Part shown: positions 1-10,798 of the stretch, piece after piece
How the letters are laid out: each line of letters starts with the position of its first letter
How positions within the stretch are numbered: the stretch's first letter is position 1
Assembly: GCF_001194135.2 (NCBI RefSeq)
Contig: NC_068992.1
Span: 14,416,292-14,470,722 of the forward strand
Reading direction: 5' to 3'
Origin: Octopus bimaculoides
Taxonomy: Eukaryota
DNA length: 54,431 bases
The notes under the pieces: generated by a model
Databases searched by the model: none
What the model was told of the DNA's origin: nothing
Seen by the model: the letters and a program-made list of their open reading frames with translations, nothing else
Program-made: the position numbers and the translations under genes

Positions 1-62
1 CGGGTTCGAACCGGGGACCTCTCGATCTGCAGTCGAATGCTCTACCACTGAGCTATATCCCC
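1..62 (-). tRNA. tRNA-Cys(GCA), 3' end cut off by the window edge
   Basis: Reverse complement reads GGGGATATAGCTCAGTGGTAGAGCATTCGACTGCAGATCGAGAGGTCCCCGGTTCGAACCCG; identical to the full copy at 156-227 over these 62 nt; anticodon GCA. Confidence 0.92.
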
Positions 63-143
63 AACGTTAAACGCTACGGTAATTTTATTCCATTTATAAT
101 GTTGCTATTATATATTATTTTCGCAAATTCAAAATAAAATGGG

Positions 144-151
144 AAAAAAAA
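144..151 (-). terminator. Pol III oligo-dT terminator of the tRNA-Cys at 156-227
   Basis: A8 on + strand (T8 on - strand) starting 4 nt after the tRNA 3' end. Confidence 0.8.
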
Positions 152-155
152 CTGA

Positions 156-227
156 AGGGGACACCCGGGTTCGAACCGGGGACCTCTCGATCTGCAGTCG
201 AATGCTCTACCACTGAGCTATATCCCC
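156..227 (-). tRNA. tRNA-Cys(GCA), complete, 72 nt
   Basis: Acceptor stem GGGGATA/TGTCCCC, discriminator U, box A TAGCTCAGTGG, anticodon loop CTGCAGA, box B GGTTCGAACC; followed by an oligo-dT terminator. Confidence 0.97.
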
Positions 228-289
228 AACCTGGTTATTGAAAACAAAATTTGTCTACTTTATTCTCAATAATGTGAGTAAGCGGATTT

Positions 290-300
290 CTGATTGGCCA
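290..300. promoter_or_regulatory. NF-Y/CCAAT box motif (CTGATTGGCCA)
   Basis: Matches the reverse CCAAT consensus CTGATTGG, within the CpG-retaining first ~1.8 kb. Function untested. Confidence 0.35.
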
Positions 301-546
301 GTTGAATATTCGTATGCTGTGACATCAGACAAACGGCAACAAATAGTGCGCTTTACACTGAGACAAATGGACAGTGTTATTCAAATTGAGGGATATTATT
401 CGCTTAACTGATCGTTAAAAGGTCCTCAATTGTAATGCTGGGCAAACCTTGATAACCTTTTTTTATCTCTTTACTTTCTTTTTGTAACTTTCCCATTTCC
501 TTTTAACTGTTTTACTACTTTTATTGTGAGTGTTCGCGGGTGTAAA

Positions 547-936
547 TGTTGTTGTTGTTGGCACTCCGTCGTTTACGACGTCGAGGGTTCCAGTTGATCC
601 GATCAACGGAACAGCCTGCTCGTGAAATTAACGTGCAAGTGGCTGAGCACTCCACAGACACGTGTACCCCTAACGTAGTTCTCGGGGATATTCAGCGTGA
701 CACAGTGTGACAAGGCTGACCCTTTGAATTACAGGCACAACAGAAACAGGAAGTAAGAGTGAGAGAAAGTTGTGGTGGAAGAGTACAGCAGAGTTCGCCA
801 CCATCCCCTTCCGGAGCCTCGTGGAGCTTTTAGGTGTTTTCGCTCAATAAACACTCACAACGCCCGGTCTGGGAATCAAAACTGCGATCCTATGACTGCG
901 AGTCCGCTGCCCTAACCACTGGGCCATTGCGCCTCC
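547..936 (-). mobile_element. tRNA-derived SINE (family C), full length with (AAC)n tail
   Basis: Minus strand starts GGAGGCGCAATGGCCCAGTGGTTAGGGCAGCGGACTCG...GTTTTGATTCC (box A/B-like) and ends in (AAC)n. A diverged partial copy lies at ~52295-52440. Confidence 0.85.
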
Positions 937-949
937 ACATATATACATA

Positions 950-1337
950 TACAGTAATATCTCGCTTTACGAGGATCCGCTTTATGAAACTCCGGGTTTG
1001 CGAGTTTTATTTTTCAAGCACAAGATTCAAATTTTGAACGAAACGCAAAAGCTTCTACCATAACAAATGCTTCTGCGTGTTACCGAGAAATTTATAGAGC
1101 GAAATAAAAGCTTCTCCTAAGTAAACAACTCTAGACTTGTCTTAAAAAGAAATCTATAAATCTGTCTGCGAGTGTTTGTAAATCGGCGATCGCGTCTAGA
1201 AGTGATGATGTATTCGAGTCTAGAGCGAGTGAAATTGATTCAGAAAACAGTTCTTGACATTCCTTTAACTTTATATATAAAATATTCAGTAAATTTTTAC
1301 AATGTAATAAACTTTAAAAACGCATAAAATCTGTACG
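950..1337 (+). promoter_or_regulatory. CpG-retaining putative promoter / 5' region
   Basis: Unique sequence with many CG dinucleotides (e.g. CGGCGATCGCG) directly upstream of a candidate first exon, whereas most downstream sequence is CpG-depleted. Confidence 0.45.
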
Positions 1338-1413
1338 ATGTATGCGGTAGAGACTCGGCCGCTAACAACGAAATTCTTGTCGTCGTTGGCGGCTCGCCTT
1401 ACCGAAGTGTTAG
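1338..1413 (+). CDS. Candidate first coding exon of an unidentified gene (MYAVETRPLTTKFLSSLAARLTEVL, phase-1 intron)
   Basis: ATG at 1338 with an upstream in-frame stop at 1308, 25 GC-rich codons, then the strong donor TAG|GTAAGG at 1413/1414. Product not recognised. Confidence 0.45.
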
Positions 1414-1934
1414 GTAAGGATGCTTGGCTGTTCAAATACCTCGGCCACGCCATCACCCGTGATAATACCACAAGCGTGTTCGCATGCTTCAGTAGGTTCC
1501 AATGAATCTGATGCACTTAGTGTTGAATTAATGTTTTTTTTTTCTCTTTCTTTTTCTTTCTATCTTTCTTTTTTCTCTCATGTTTGTTTTCTTAGGTTTG
1601 GGATTTGGAGTTGAATGTGGTTTTCCATTATATAGGCATCAAATATACATACGTGTTATAAATGTAATACAATTGCTAATTAGTCAAACTGGTAAAGTTA
1701 TACCCTCTCTGTCTGCGATTTTCACTAAGAAAAAAAAAACACGAATTTTTTGCGTGGAATCAAGTACCCTGACCTCTTAATATGCTGCAAATCCCTTATT
1801 TTGGTTCGGGAAAAGGTGGAGGGGGCAAAGAGGGGGATGTATTTAATAATGAACCATGTAATTCATACTCTGGGAAATTTATTTCTGTAAAATGTTGTTT
1901 TTTTTTCCTTAAACACACAAGATTTAGTCTATAA

Positions 1935-2863
1935 ATTTAGGATGTTTTTGAAAGATACTATATTTTAACATCAGAATATATATACTTTCTCGCACAACAA
2001 TTAAGATATATTTATTTTAAATCGTTCATCTTTCTCTCTTAGCTTGTATATAAAGACTGATACCTGGTATTAACTAAAGGAATATTGATGTTATAGGACA
2101 TGCTAACTATATACTAAATATAAACTAAGAGGTATATTATAGGTTTTAAAACTTTTTAGTGTTAATCCATACATGATATTATAATTTCTTAGGGGTACTT
2201 AATTAGAAGGGCTACTTACATAAAGGCCCTTATAAATACTAAGATCAGGAGGGCGGAACACTTTGAGAAAGGGATAAATAAAGTAATTACTAAAACCATG
2301 ATGAAATCTGATCAACTAGACAGAAAAATTCATATGGATAACATACTAACTTTTGTTTAGCACACTAACTAATTATACTATATAGCTTTTATTATATTGT
2401 AATATATGCAATGCACTTTAATTTCCAAACTAAAAATATTAAAAGTAAGTTTCCATCAAAATCAAATCAAGCACAAGATCTATAAAGTGCTACTTTTGAA
2501 AATATTTAAAAGTACGGGTGACCCTATGTACGCATGATACCCTAAGGTCTAATCTATTATTAATCAGTTTGCCCTTATCTTTATGCTTAAAAATTCCAAT
2601 GTTTCCATGGAGCACAGCTCACACCTGTATTTACTATATCTTTAAGGCTGTGCTTTTCTTATTATTTCCCATTTAAGGTTAAACCCAATTCTGCTTTCCT
2701 TCAGTTCCCAAATGTTACTAGATAATGACGTACAATTTGCCATATGTTTAAGTTTAAAAGAGGACATGTGGTTGTACAGACTTTGTTTCATATTAATCAA
2801 ATAACCAATGTATATAAAATGACTAGTTGTAGTTATTATTGTACATTTATAAATTACATTCTG

Positions 2864-2902
<39 letters not shown>

Positions 2903-3345
2903 TGAAGATATAATNNNNNNNNNNATATCAGTGGCTAGCATATAATCAATGACCATATCAGTAAAATTAATTTTTAAGTATATAATTATAGAAATATAAT
3001 TATAATTAAGGGCACTGGAATACCAGCGCCTATACACTTGAAGTAGATGTCGAATGAATACCTACAATCCACTCTAAATTTGTTATCTGTTTATAACCCC
3101 AGGTCAAAAACAAGAAGATTTTCAAAATTTTGTAAATCTTCTTGCTCACTACCTTGCATTTGACCTGGGGTTATAAACAGAGAACAAATTTAGAGTGGAT
3201 TGTAGGTATTCATTCGACATCTACTTCTAGCGTATAGGCGCTGGTATTCCAGTGCCCTTAATTATAATTATATTTTTTTAGTGGTGCAGCACGGAATTTT
3301 GTCAGTGAACAGGTCACAGTTATAGTGAGACAGATATATTTTTTT
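1935..3345 (-). mobile_element. Penelope-like retroelement remnant: GIY-YIG endonuclease C-terminus plus inverted terminal duplication
   Basis: Minus strand ~2850-2545 translates YIGY...LYNHMSSFKLKHMANCTSLSSNIWELKE...KWEIIRKAQP*RYSKYRCELCSME, matching the Penelope GIY-YIG tail pattern (YIG...R..NH..SF....T.LS..IW.LK...W.I...A.PY....C.LC). Contains stops and a (TA)n tract. Confidence 0.75.
2992..3275. repeat. Long inverted repeat: 117-bp arms (3 mismatches) around a loop containing an 11-bp hairpin
   Basis: 2992-3108 is the reverse complement of 3159-3275. CAAGAAGATTT (3111-3121) pairs with AAATCTTCTTG (3134-3144). Confidence 0.95.
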
Positions 3346-3449
3346 ATATTGGAACTTCATTTGAATAGATATAATTTAATTAGCGTAAAATTTTACTCAT
3401 GTGATAGGGTCCAAGAAAGACACCATAAGCAATACTAACATGCTCCTTT

Positions 3450-4130
3450 AAGAATCAACAAATGTGCCATCCCAAACATGTGTCACCCCATCCATAACAA
3501 TTTCCACTTTATGCAATACATCATAGACAAGATGGGTAAAGAAGCTGGCATGGATGGGCCCCTGATGAATTTGGATCAATCTAAAGCCTTTGATAGGGTT
3601 GACTCCCAATACCTGATGGCCAGTTTCAGTCCTGTTTTCCATGGCTAGATTACTACAATGTGCAGCGATATCTGCTCAGCATTTTGGGTAAATGGTTACC
3701 TATAAGAACTATTAGGCATCATGTATTTGGTCCATCAAGGGTGCCTGCTCTCATCTCCTCTGTATGTACTGGCTCTAGAGCCAGTAATACAGAAAATGGA
3801 GGTGTCGAGAGGTATCCCACATGAATTAGGACATGGGAGAACTGTGTCAGCATATGCAGACGATGTCACCATCATATTCTCAAACACTGGGCATGTAGAC
3901 CTGGTTGAAACTGGTCTAAATGAATACAAGGTAGTAACAGGAGTAAGAATTAACCAAGAAAAGTCAATGAGCTTGCAGTTCATCACCTGAAGAGGCAGGT
4001 CCATGCCATCAAATAACGAGGGAGTGGTTAAATTGCTTGTGGTGTGGTTTGATCCAGATTTCTGGGTGGAGAAGAATTGGGATGAGGTGAAGAGCAGGGT
4101 AGCCAATCTCACCCAGAAATGGACCAAATG
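3450..4130 (+). mobile_element. Tx1/L1-like LINE reverse transcriptase fragment (disrupted)
   Basis: Translations NLDQSKAFDRVD, QGCLLSSPLYVLALEP and SAYADDVT are RT motifs; frameshifts and stops present. Confidence 0.85.
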
Positions 4131-4729
4131 AAATGAGTCACTCGTCTTCTTAGGAAGTTCCTCTCCATCTAATATATATGGATCTATATCATGTGCTTCA
4201 TACTATTTCCATCTACTATGGACTAAAGCAGAAGACACACACCCAAGGTGCCATGCAGTACAACTGATCCTAGAACTTTGTGGTCATGAACTGAACATCT
4301 AAACCAGACAGCCAAGCTTATTATTTTGGAACTAGATGAGAAAGAGATCAAAACGTAAATATCCAGTGGAATACCTGCATTTTCACTTTCAAATAAAATT
4401 GTTATTTCCTGTTTGTATCTGCATACTTTGCGGTAAACCAATGAACAAATGTTAAGAAAAGAAATATGCTCTAAGATACAGTAAATCAATATCAGAGATT
4501 TCAGGACACACTTTATAGCGACAGTTTGATTTGTAATGTATATGACTATCAAGTGAGAACAGTTGTTATAATAGCGCATTGTATATTTATTTGTACAGCT
4601 TATTACTCTTCCTTCATGTATCACTGGAGAGCATACATGAACAAGTTAATATTGTAGTAGACAATCAATCAAACATCAGCTGTTCATGTCATGTCAATGG
4701 CTTTTATATACTATTCTCCTCTGCCTTTT

Positions 4730-4852
4730 TTTGTCATTTTTCTTTCTTCTTTTCTTTTTTTTCTTCCTTTCTCTTTCTTTCTTTCTTTCTTTCTCTTTCT
4801 TCCTTTTTTCTTTCCTTCTTCCTTTCTCTTTCTTTCTTTCTTTCTTTCTCAT
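4730..4852. repeat. (TTTC)n / CT-rich simple repeat
   Basis: Direct reading of the sequence. Confidence 0.9.
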
Positions 4853-5236
4853 CTAGGTGAGAGAAAATAGTAAGGGCTATTACACTTCCAAATTCTCTTG
4901 TGTAAACTCAGTTAGGCTTATGTTTAACTTTCACAGAAGAGTTAATCTTGTGTTGGTGGAATTAATCCTTGACTGGTTGATATTAAAACTGGACGTGGGG
5001 TAGATTTCATGTTGGATGGAACACTTACTTAATCTAAGGTGCTACAGTTAATTATGTGTATACGGTACACTTAATGTTAGGTGTTACTCTAAATCCTTAG
5101 ATATTAGATGTTATTTTGGATGATAGAGTTGGTAAAGTTAATCTTGGCAATGAGAGTGATTCAGACAATCAAATTGGTGAAAGCGATGAGGAAAATAGTG
5201 ATTCATTTGACCGAATATGCTAGTTGAGAGATAGGC

Positions 5237-6076
5237 CTACTATTGTTATTCTCCTGAATTTTCTTGTAATTTGGTCCATTAGTTTGCCTAACAAATATGG
5301 TAGTTGAAAGAAAGGTCTATTATTGTTGTTCTCCTGAATTTTCTTGTAATTTGGTCCATTAGTTTGCCTAACAAATATGGTAGTTGAAAGAAACGTCTAT
5401 TATTGTTATTCTCCTGAATTTTCTTGTAATTTGGTCCATTAGTTTGCCTAACAAATATGGTAGTTGAAAGAAANNNNNNNNNNNNNNNNNNNNNNNNNNN
5501 NNNNNNNNNNNNNNNNNNNNNNNNNNNNNNNNNNNNNNNNNNNNNNNNNNNNNNNNNNNNNNNNNNNNNNNNNNNNNNNNNNNNNNNNNNNNNNNNNNNN
5601 NNNNNNNNNNNNNNNNNNNNNNNNNNNNNNNNNNNNNNNNNNNNNNNNNNNNNNNNNNNNNNNNNNNNNNNNNNNNNNNNNNNNNNNNNNNNNNNNNNNN
5701 NNNNNNNNNNNNNNNNNNNNNNNNNNNNNNNNNNNNNNNNNNNNNNNNNNNNNNNNNNNNNNNNNNNNNNNNNNNNNNNNNNNNNNNNNCTATTATTGTT
5801 ATTCTCCTGAATTTTCTTGTAATTTGGTCCATTAGTTTGCCTAACAAATATGGTAGTTGAAAGAAACGTCTATTATTGTTGTTCTCCTGAATTTTCTTGT
5901 AATTTGGTCCATTAGTTTGCCTAACAAATATGGTAGTTGAAAGAAACGTCTATTATTGTTATTCTCCTGAATTTTCTTGTAATTTGGTCCATTAGTTTGC
6001 CTAACAAATATGGTAGTTGAAAGAAAAGTCTATTATTGTTGTTCTCCTGAATTTCTTTGTGATTCAGTCCATTAGT
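5237..6076. repeat. 80-bp minisatellite spanning an assembly gap
   Basis: Unit CTATTATTGTT(A/G)TTCTCCTGAATTTTCTTGTAATTTGGTCCATTAGTTTGCCTAACAAATATGGTAGTTGAAAGAAA(C/G/A)GT; ~3 copies before and ~3.5 after the 316-N gap. Confidence 0.95.
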
Positions 6077-6880
6077 TCACACTCTTGAGACTTTTGAGCT
6101 GTGTATGCAATTATTTATTTATTTATTTATTGCTTTGGAGCCTAGATAGAGTGTAAAGTTAGACACAGGGGCCCAGGTCTGAGATGGCTAATTCAATGTA
6201 AAAATCAGGTTGGTTGTATATATTACAAGGGCAAATTCATGAATGTTTAACAGATTTTATTGATAGAAAATTATGCATATGTCATACATTAATTATCATA
6301 GTCCCACTGGCTGCATGAATAGTCTGTACAAATTGATTGAATTGCATTTGCTCGACCATTTGCTATCTGGTAAGTGAAAAACAAAAGATACAAGTCTGCT
6401 GCAAATTGTTAAAGTCTATTGGATGAAAGCTGAGCTGTGAGATCTGTCCTACTTGAATGCCATCATCATCTGACTAGCAAGAGGTGAGATGTGTGAATTC
6501 TTCAGTCTCCCTCAATACTCTGTTACAATTTAGGCATTAAATTGTTTAACTAGTGAAAAAAAAGGGGAAAATCTCAAGAACATTGAAGACGGTGTTCATG
6601 GTATAGCTTGAAGCTAATTGGTGAAATTTTAGGTTATCCACGTGAACATCATATGATGTGATTGTAGCTTACATATGGCTATGAACTGATAATTTTGTGG
6701 TTGGGGTTTCAATCTCTACATTATATAGGTGCTCAAAATTCCACAGTTGATCTGTAAGTGAATGATTGTGTGAAATTTGCTGGGTGAATAACAGTAAGGT
6801 ATCTCAACAACTTAGACATTTGTCACATGATATCCTCAGTAGATAGAGTTGCATTCACAGGCTGGCTGTGAGTAAAGGAT

Positions 6881-7205
6881 TAAGAGTAAAGACACCATTC
6901 AGTCATGAATGACCATGGAATTGCACCTGGAAAGTTACCCTCTGAGGCATGAGTCCAGGCAAGGTTGTTTATGGAAGGCCAGCTGTCATCCATGCCTACC
7001 AGTCTCCTCTCTCCATACCACCGATGTTATCCAATGGAGAAGCAAAGTACAATACAGCTTGGCACTAGTGACCTTGTGCATCATTTCTACAGCTGAGTGA
7101 ACTGGAGCAACATGAAATAAAGTATCTTACTCAAGACCAGAACACACAGCCTGTTCTGGGATTCGAACTCGCTACCTCATGATTGTGAGCCCAGAGTACT
7201 GACAC
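6881..7205 (-). mobile_element. tRNA-derived SINE (family D), diverged
   Basis: Minus strand has box B GAGTTCGAATCCC (+ 7158-7170) followed by a GTCTTGAGTAAGATACTTTATTTCATGTTGCTCCAG core-like segment. Confidence 0.65.
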
Positions 7206-7741
7206 AGATTAAATTGTTCATTTGAAACATTGTTGGTTGCAGCAAGCAAGCACCATTGTGGGAACTCAGTGGAAGAGTAATTTTTTTTATTATCCAGTTT
7301 AGTTGTCACCTGTTGACATTTACGATATTGTAAATTTTGGTTTATGCAAGTCACACACACACATATCTGTTACATGTCTCTATGTCCCAGCAATCTTTAG
7401 TTTTATGAAGACGTAATAGCAAACAACAATGTGAAAAGAAGTGGGATAAATAAAAGGGGGAAAAAAATAAGTGTTAATAATCAAAAATAAAATAAGTAAA
7501 ATGAAACTGAACAATACATTATACATTGACTAATTACAGTTGAATTGTGAATTAAACTCAGTGAAGCAACAAACTCAGAAACAAATTGGATGTCACTAAA
7601 ACTGAGGCCTTTTCTCTTTGGCTCGTAATTTTCAATTCTTTTAAGTTCCAATTGTTTTCAAATTTGGTGCATTGTTGTAGTTTTGTATGCTAAATATGGA
7701 AATGAAATTTGTTTTCCCCATAAATTAATAGATATAGACGA

Positions 7742-8150
7742 GGCGCAGGAGTGGCTGTGTGGTAAGTAGCTTGCTTACCAACCACATGGTTCCGGGTTCA
7801 TTCCCACTGCGTGGCACCTTGGGCAAGTGTCTTCTACTATAGCCTCAGGTCGACCAAAGCTTGTGAGTGGATTTGGTAGACGGAAACTGAAAGAAGCCCG
7901 TCGTATAATATGTATGTGTGTGTGTATATGTTTGTGCATCTGTGTTTGTCCGCCCNNNNNNNNNNNNNCTTGGCAACCGATGCTGGTGTGTTTATGTCCC
8001 TGTAACTTAGCAGTTCAGCAAAAGAGACCGATAGAATAAGTACTAGGCTTCCAAAGAATAAGTCCTGGGGTTGATTTGCTCGACTAAAGGTGGTGCTCCA
8101 GCATGGCCGCAATCAAATGACTGAAACAACTAAAAGAGAAAAAGAGAAAA
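7742..8150 (+). mobile_element. tRNA-derived SINE (family A) with central (GT/AT)n
   Basis: GGCGCAGGAGTGGCTGTGTGGTAAG...GGTTCATTCCC head, CORE-like GCACCTTGGGCAAGTGTCTT, tail ...ATGACTGAAAC-(A/G)-rich. The family recurs more than 10 times in the window. Confidence 0.9.
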
Positions 8151-8214
8151 AAAAAAGAGAAATAAAAAATTAATAGCTTTTAAAGTTTGCAACTTTTGGG
8201 TAATTTTAGCCAAT

Positions 8215-8790
8215 TGAAAGTCACAGACATATTGGTGCCTGTTTCCAGAATAACAAGCCAAAGTATAGTTTACTTGCCAAATGCACAGCTGTTGATTACA
8301 ATAGCTATATTCATGAAATATGTGAAAAGGACAAACTCTACAACCCAGCTCAGATTGGTAGACCTGGAAAAATTGTTGAGATAGATGAAACAGTCTTCTC
8401 AAGGTGTGTATACAACTGAAAAAGGATGCAACCGCAGCAGTGGGTTTTCAAAGGAATGTGTCAAGAGACCAGACATGTTTTTCTTTATACAGTGTCAAGT
8501 TGGAATTGTGACACACTAGAGGAATGTATACATCAATTGATTCACCAGGAGCCACAATTTTCAGTGACCTGTGATGTGCCTATTCTAGCATTCCTGAAAT
8601 TGATGGTTATAATTTTTGGCATAAAACAGTGAACCACACCAGTGAGTTTATTAACTCAAAAGATGATTCCCACACACAATAAGTGGAAAGCACATAGGCC
8701 TCTGTAAAATGAAATAATAAACAATGTTGTGGGATCCACCATTCTATGGCTGACTCATATTTCTGCAAGTTTATGTGGCACAGGAGATAC
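8215..8790 (+). mobile_element. Merlin (IS1016/ISXO2-like) DDE transposase remnant
   Basis: Across frameshifts it reads AVDYNSYIHEICE...IGRPGKIVEIDETVF...QQWVF.G...PGATIFSDL...HKTVNHT.EFI...HTQ*VEST...FMWHRR, the Merlin motif series. Confidence 0.85.
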
Positions 8791-9084
8791 GAAAATTGTA
8801 ATTTGTTTGACAATCTCCCAGAATGTGTAAGAAATAGTTTCTTGGATTCATAAACAAAAATCAAAACCTTAGCCAAGATTTTTCTTTGTAATAAAACAGG
8901 ATTTGAAAGGTGGCTTTTAATGTGTGATGACAACATTACAATGACATATTCAACAACAGAAGTTTTATTAAGTTTTAATGAATAAAGTCATTTGAGATAA
9001 TAGAATCAGCATGCAAAAAAAAAGAAATTTATTTCATAAAATAAATAAACTTTATTTCGTAAAATAAAAAGAGAATAAAGTGAC

Positions 9085-9385
9085 CTTGAATAAGATGCTG
9101 TTTGTGTTTTTTGCTCCAGGATATAGGATTACATACGTAAAATTTATTATGTGGCAATTAACAAAGCATAAACTGTTATTAATAGCATTTAATGACGTTG
9201 GGAAGGCCTTGAACAAGGTTCCATGCTCTGCATTGTACTGACCACTAAGAAAACAAGGTGTTAATCAAGGACTTCTGACAGTGATTTCAAGCCATATTAG
9301 TATAAGCTGAATGTTCAGTAAGAAATTTAGTGTACAGATAGGTGTTCACTGGGCTCTGTCCATAGCTCTTGTTTATTCTAGATAA
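9085..9385 (+). mobile_element. RTE LINE RT fragment, highly decayed
   Basis: FVFFAPGYRITYVKFIMWQL...IAFNDVGKALNKVP corresponds to the RTE pattern FGFMPG.STTDAIF..RQL...AFVDLEKAFDRVP; a later segment resembles VQVGVHQGSVLS. Confidence 0.6.
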
Positions 9386-9774
9386 TGGGACAATGTCGCC
9401 AATTCAGGATGGTTTGTTTAGGGAGAAATTTATAACTTCTGGCCTAGTTTTCATAATATGGACAAATATTCAAACACCTAAACATCAGCATTTCAAAGAC
9501 CTAAGAACTAGTTAGTAAGAGGAGGAGGAAAGCACAGTATCCCAATGACATTTGGAAAGTAGCCTTGTTCATCATCATTTAATGTCTGCTTTTCTATGCT
9601 TGCATGAGTTAGATAGAATTTGTTGAGAGCTAAGTTTTCTATGGCTGGATGCCCTTCCTGCAGTTCATGTAAACAACAGGTTTTTTTGTAGTGAAAATCC
9701 CAAAACAAAAGCATGAGATACATTTGTAACAGGTTGTGTTACGGTTAAATCGTTCAAACTCTGAGAGTGTAATA

Positions 9775-9945
9775 ATGGCTGTGTGGTAAGAAGCGTGCTT
9801 CCCAAGCACATGGTTCCTAGGTTCAGACCCACTGTGACACCTTAAGCAAATGTCTTCTACTATAGCCCCAGGCTAACTGAATGTTATGCATTGATTTGGT
9901 AGATGGAAACTGAAAGAAGCACATCTCACACACACACACATATAG
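9775..9945 (+). mobile_element. SINE family A, 5' half
   Basis: TGGCTGTGTGGTAAG...GGTTCAGACCC...CTTAAGCAAATGTCTTCTACTATAGC...TTTGGTAGATGGAAACTGAAAGAAGC. Confidence 0.8.
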
Positions 9946-10384
9946 ATATATATAAATCAAAGTTAACATAAGCGATAAGACAATGACATAACAACTGGCA
10001 AAAAGGACAGAAACAAAATACACAGACCATTTGCAGCAGATTTCCTCATCAGTCGGTTTCTGGAAAGTCATTATAGTTTCACACCCCTTTATTACCAAGA
10101 CTATATGAATCCAGCAAGGCATTAAGCCTCTGGGGAAGCAAACAAATGTATACAAGAACAAAACAAGACTGGAAACAAAGAGAAAGCAAGAATTATGCAC
10201 AAACAACAGGACACCTTTCGGCTATGCAAAGCATGGAAAATAATTGTACATTACAAATACAAATGGATGAATAACAGAAAGGGTCTTTCGACTATTGGAC
10301 AAATGTAACATTATGAAATAATGCAAGTGCAACAGAAAAAGAATTATACATATATAATGGATAAACGTCTTTCAGCTATACAAC

Positions 10385-10798
10385 TGTAATGGTGCCTAAT
10401 ACCAGTCGCCATTTTGGGAAGTTCGTCCACGCATGCGCAGGGACATGTCTTCCGGAAGGCATGCAGGAAGTCCCTCATGCGCATGCGTGGTCATCCTATA
10501 TCAAAGCGTTCCCGCCTTTTCTCGACCTCTTAGCGCTGAACCTTCGAAGACGACAGGACCACTAAGAGCCGCTCCGTAACTCTACCTTTGGGTCTATACT
10601 AACTGAGGCTGAAGAATGAATTAATCAACAGCATCGACACCGTCTTCACACCAACCATAAAGGGCGACCTGGCAATTCCGTTACCCGAGATATAGGCTGA
10701 GCACCTCATAATAAATATTTGTTATGCTGTGATTCAATTTATCCAGCGTGTTCGTTTTTATTGAAGAGAATTGATTTGTACGGGATAGGGTTACCCAA
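10385..10798 (+). mobile_element. Possible solo LTR
   Basis: GC/CpG-rich block starting TGTAATGG, with a TATA-like CCTATATCAAAG and a later ATAAA, ending near GGGTTACCCA. No target-site duplication found. Confidence 0.35.

Noticed and set aside
547-936. SINE heads (also 7742, 12837 and others) as additional tRNA genes
   Set aside because: No complete cloverleaf or acceptor stem; they continue into repeat bodies and simple-repeat tails.
1203-1260. Box C motif (GTGATGA) suggesting a C/D snoRNA
   Set aside because: No properly placed box D (CTGA) or terminal stem.
5237-6076. Regularly spaced repeats as a CRISPR array
   Set aside because: The units are contiguous 80-bp repeats with no unique spacers, there are no cas genes, and the context is eukaryotic.
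9120-9136. 17-nt micro-exon (GYRITY) that would splice in frame to the 1338 exon
   Set aside because: It lies within the decayed RTE RT motif FGFMPG.STTDAIF..RQL, so the splice-like signals are best explained as incidental.
10040-10385. CTGATGA (minus strand, ~10052) and repeated CTTTCGGCTA-like motifs as further hammerheads
   Set aside because: The core halves are not arranged with a pairing stem II; at most these are decayed Penelope terminal repeats.
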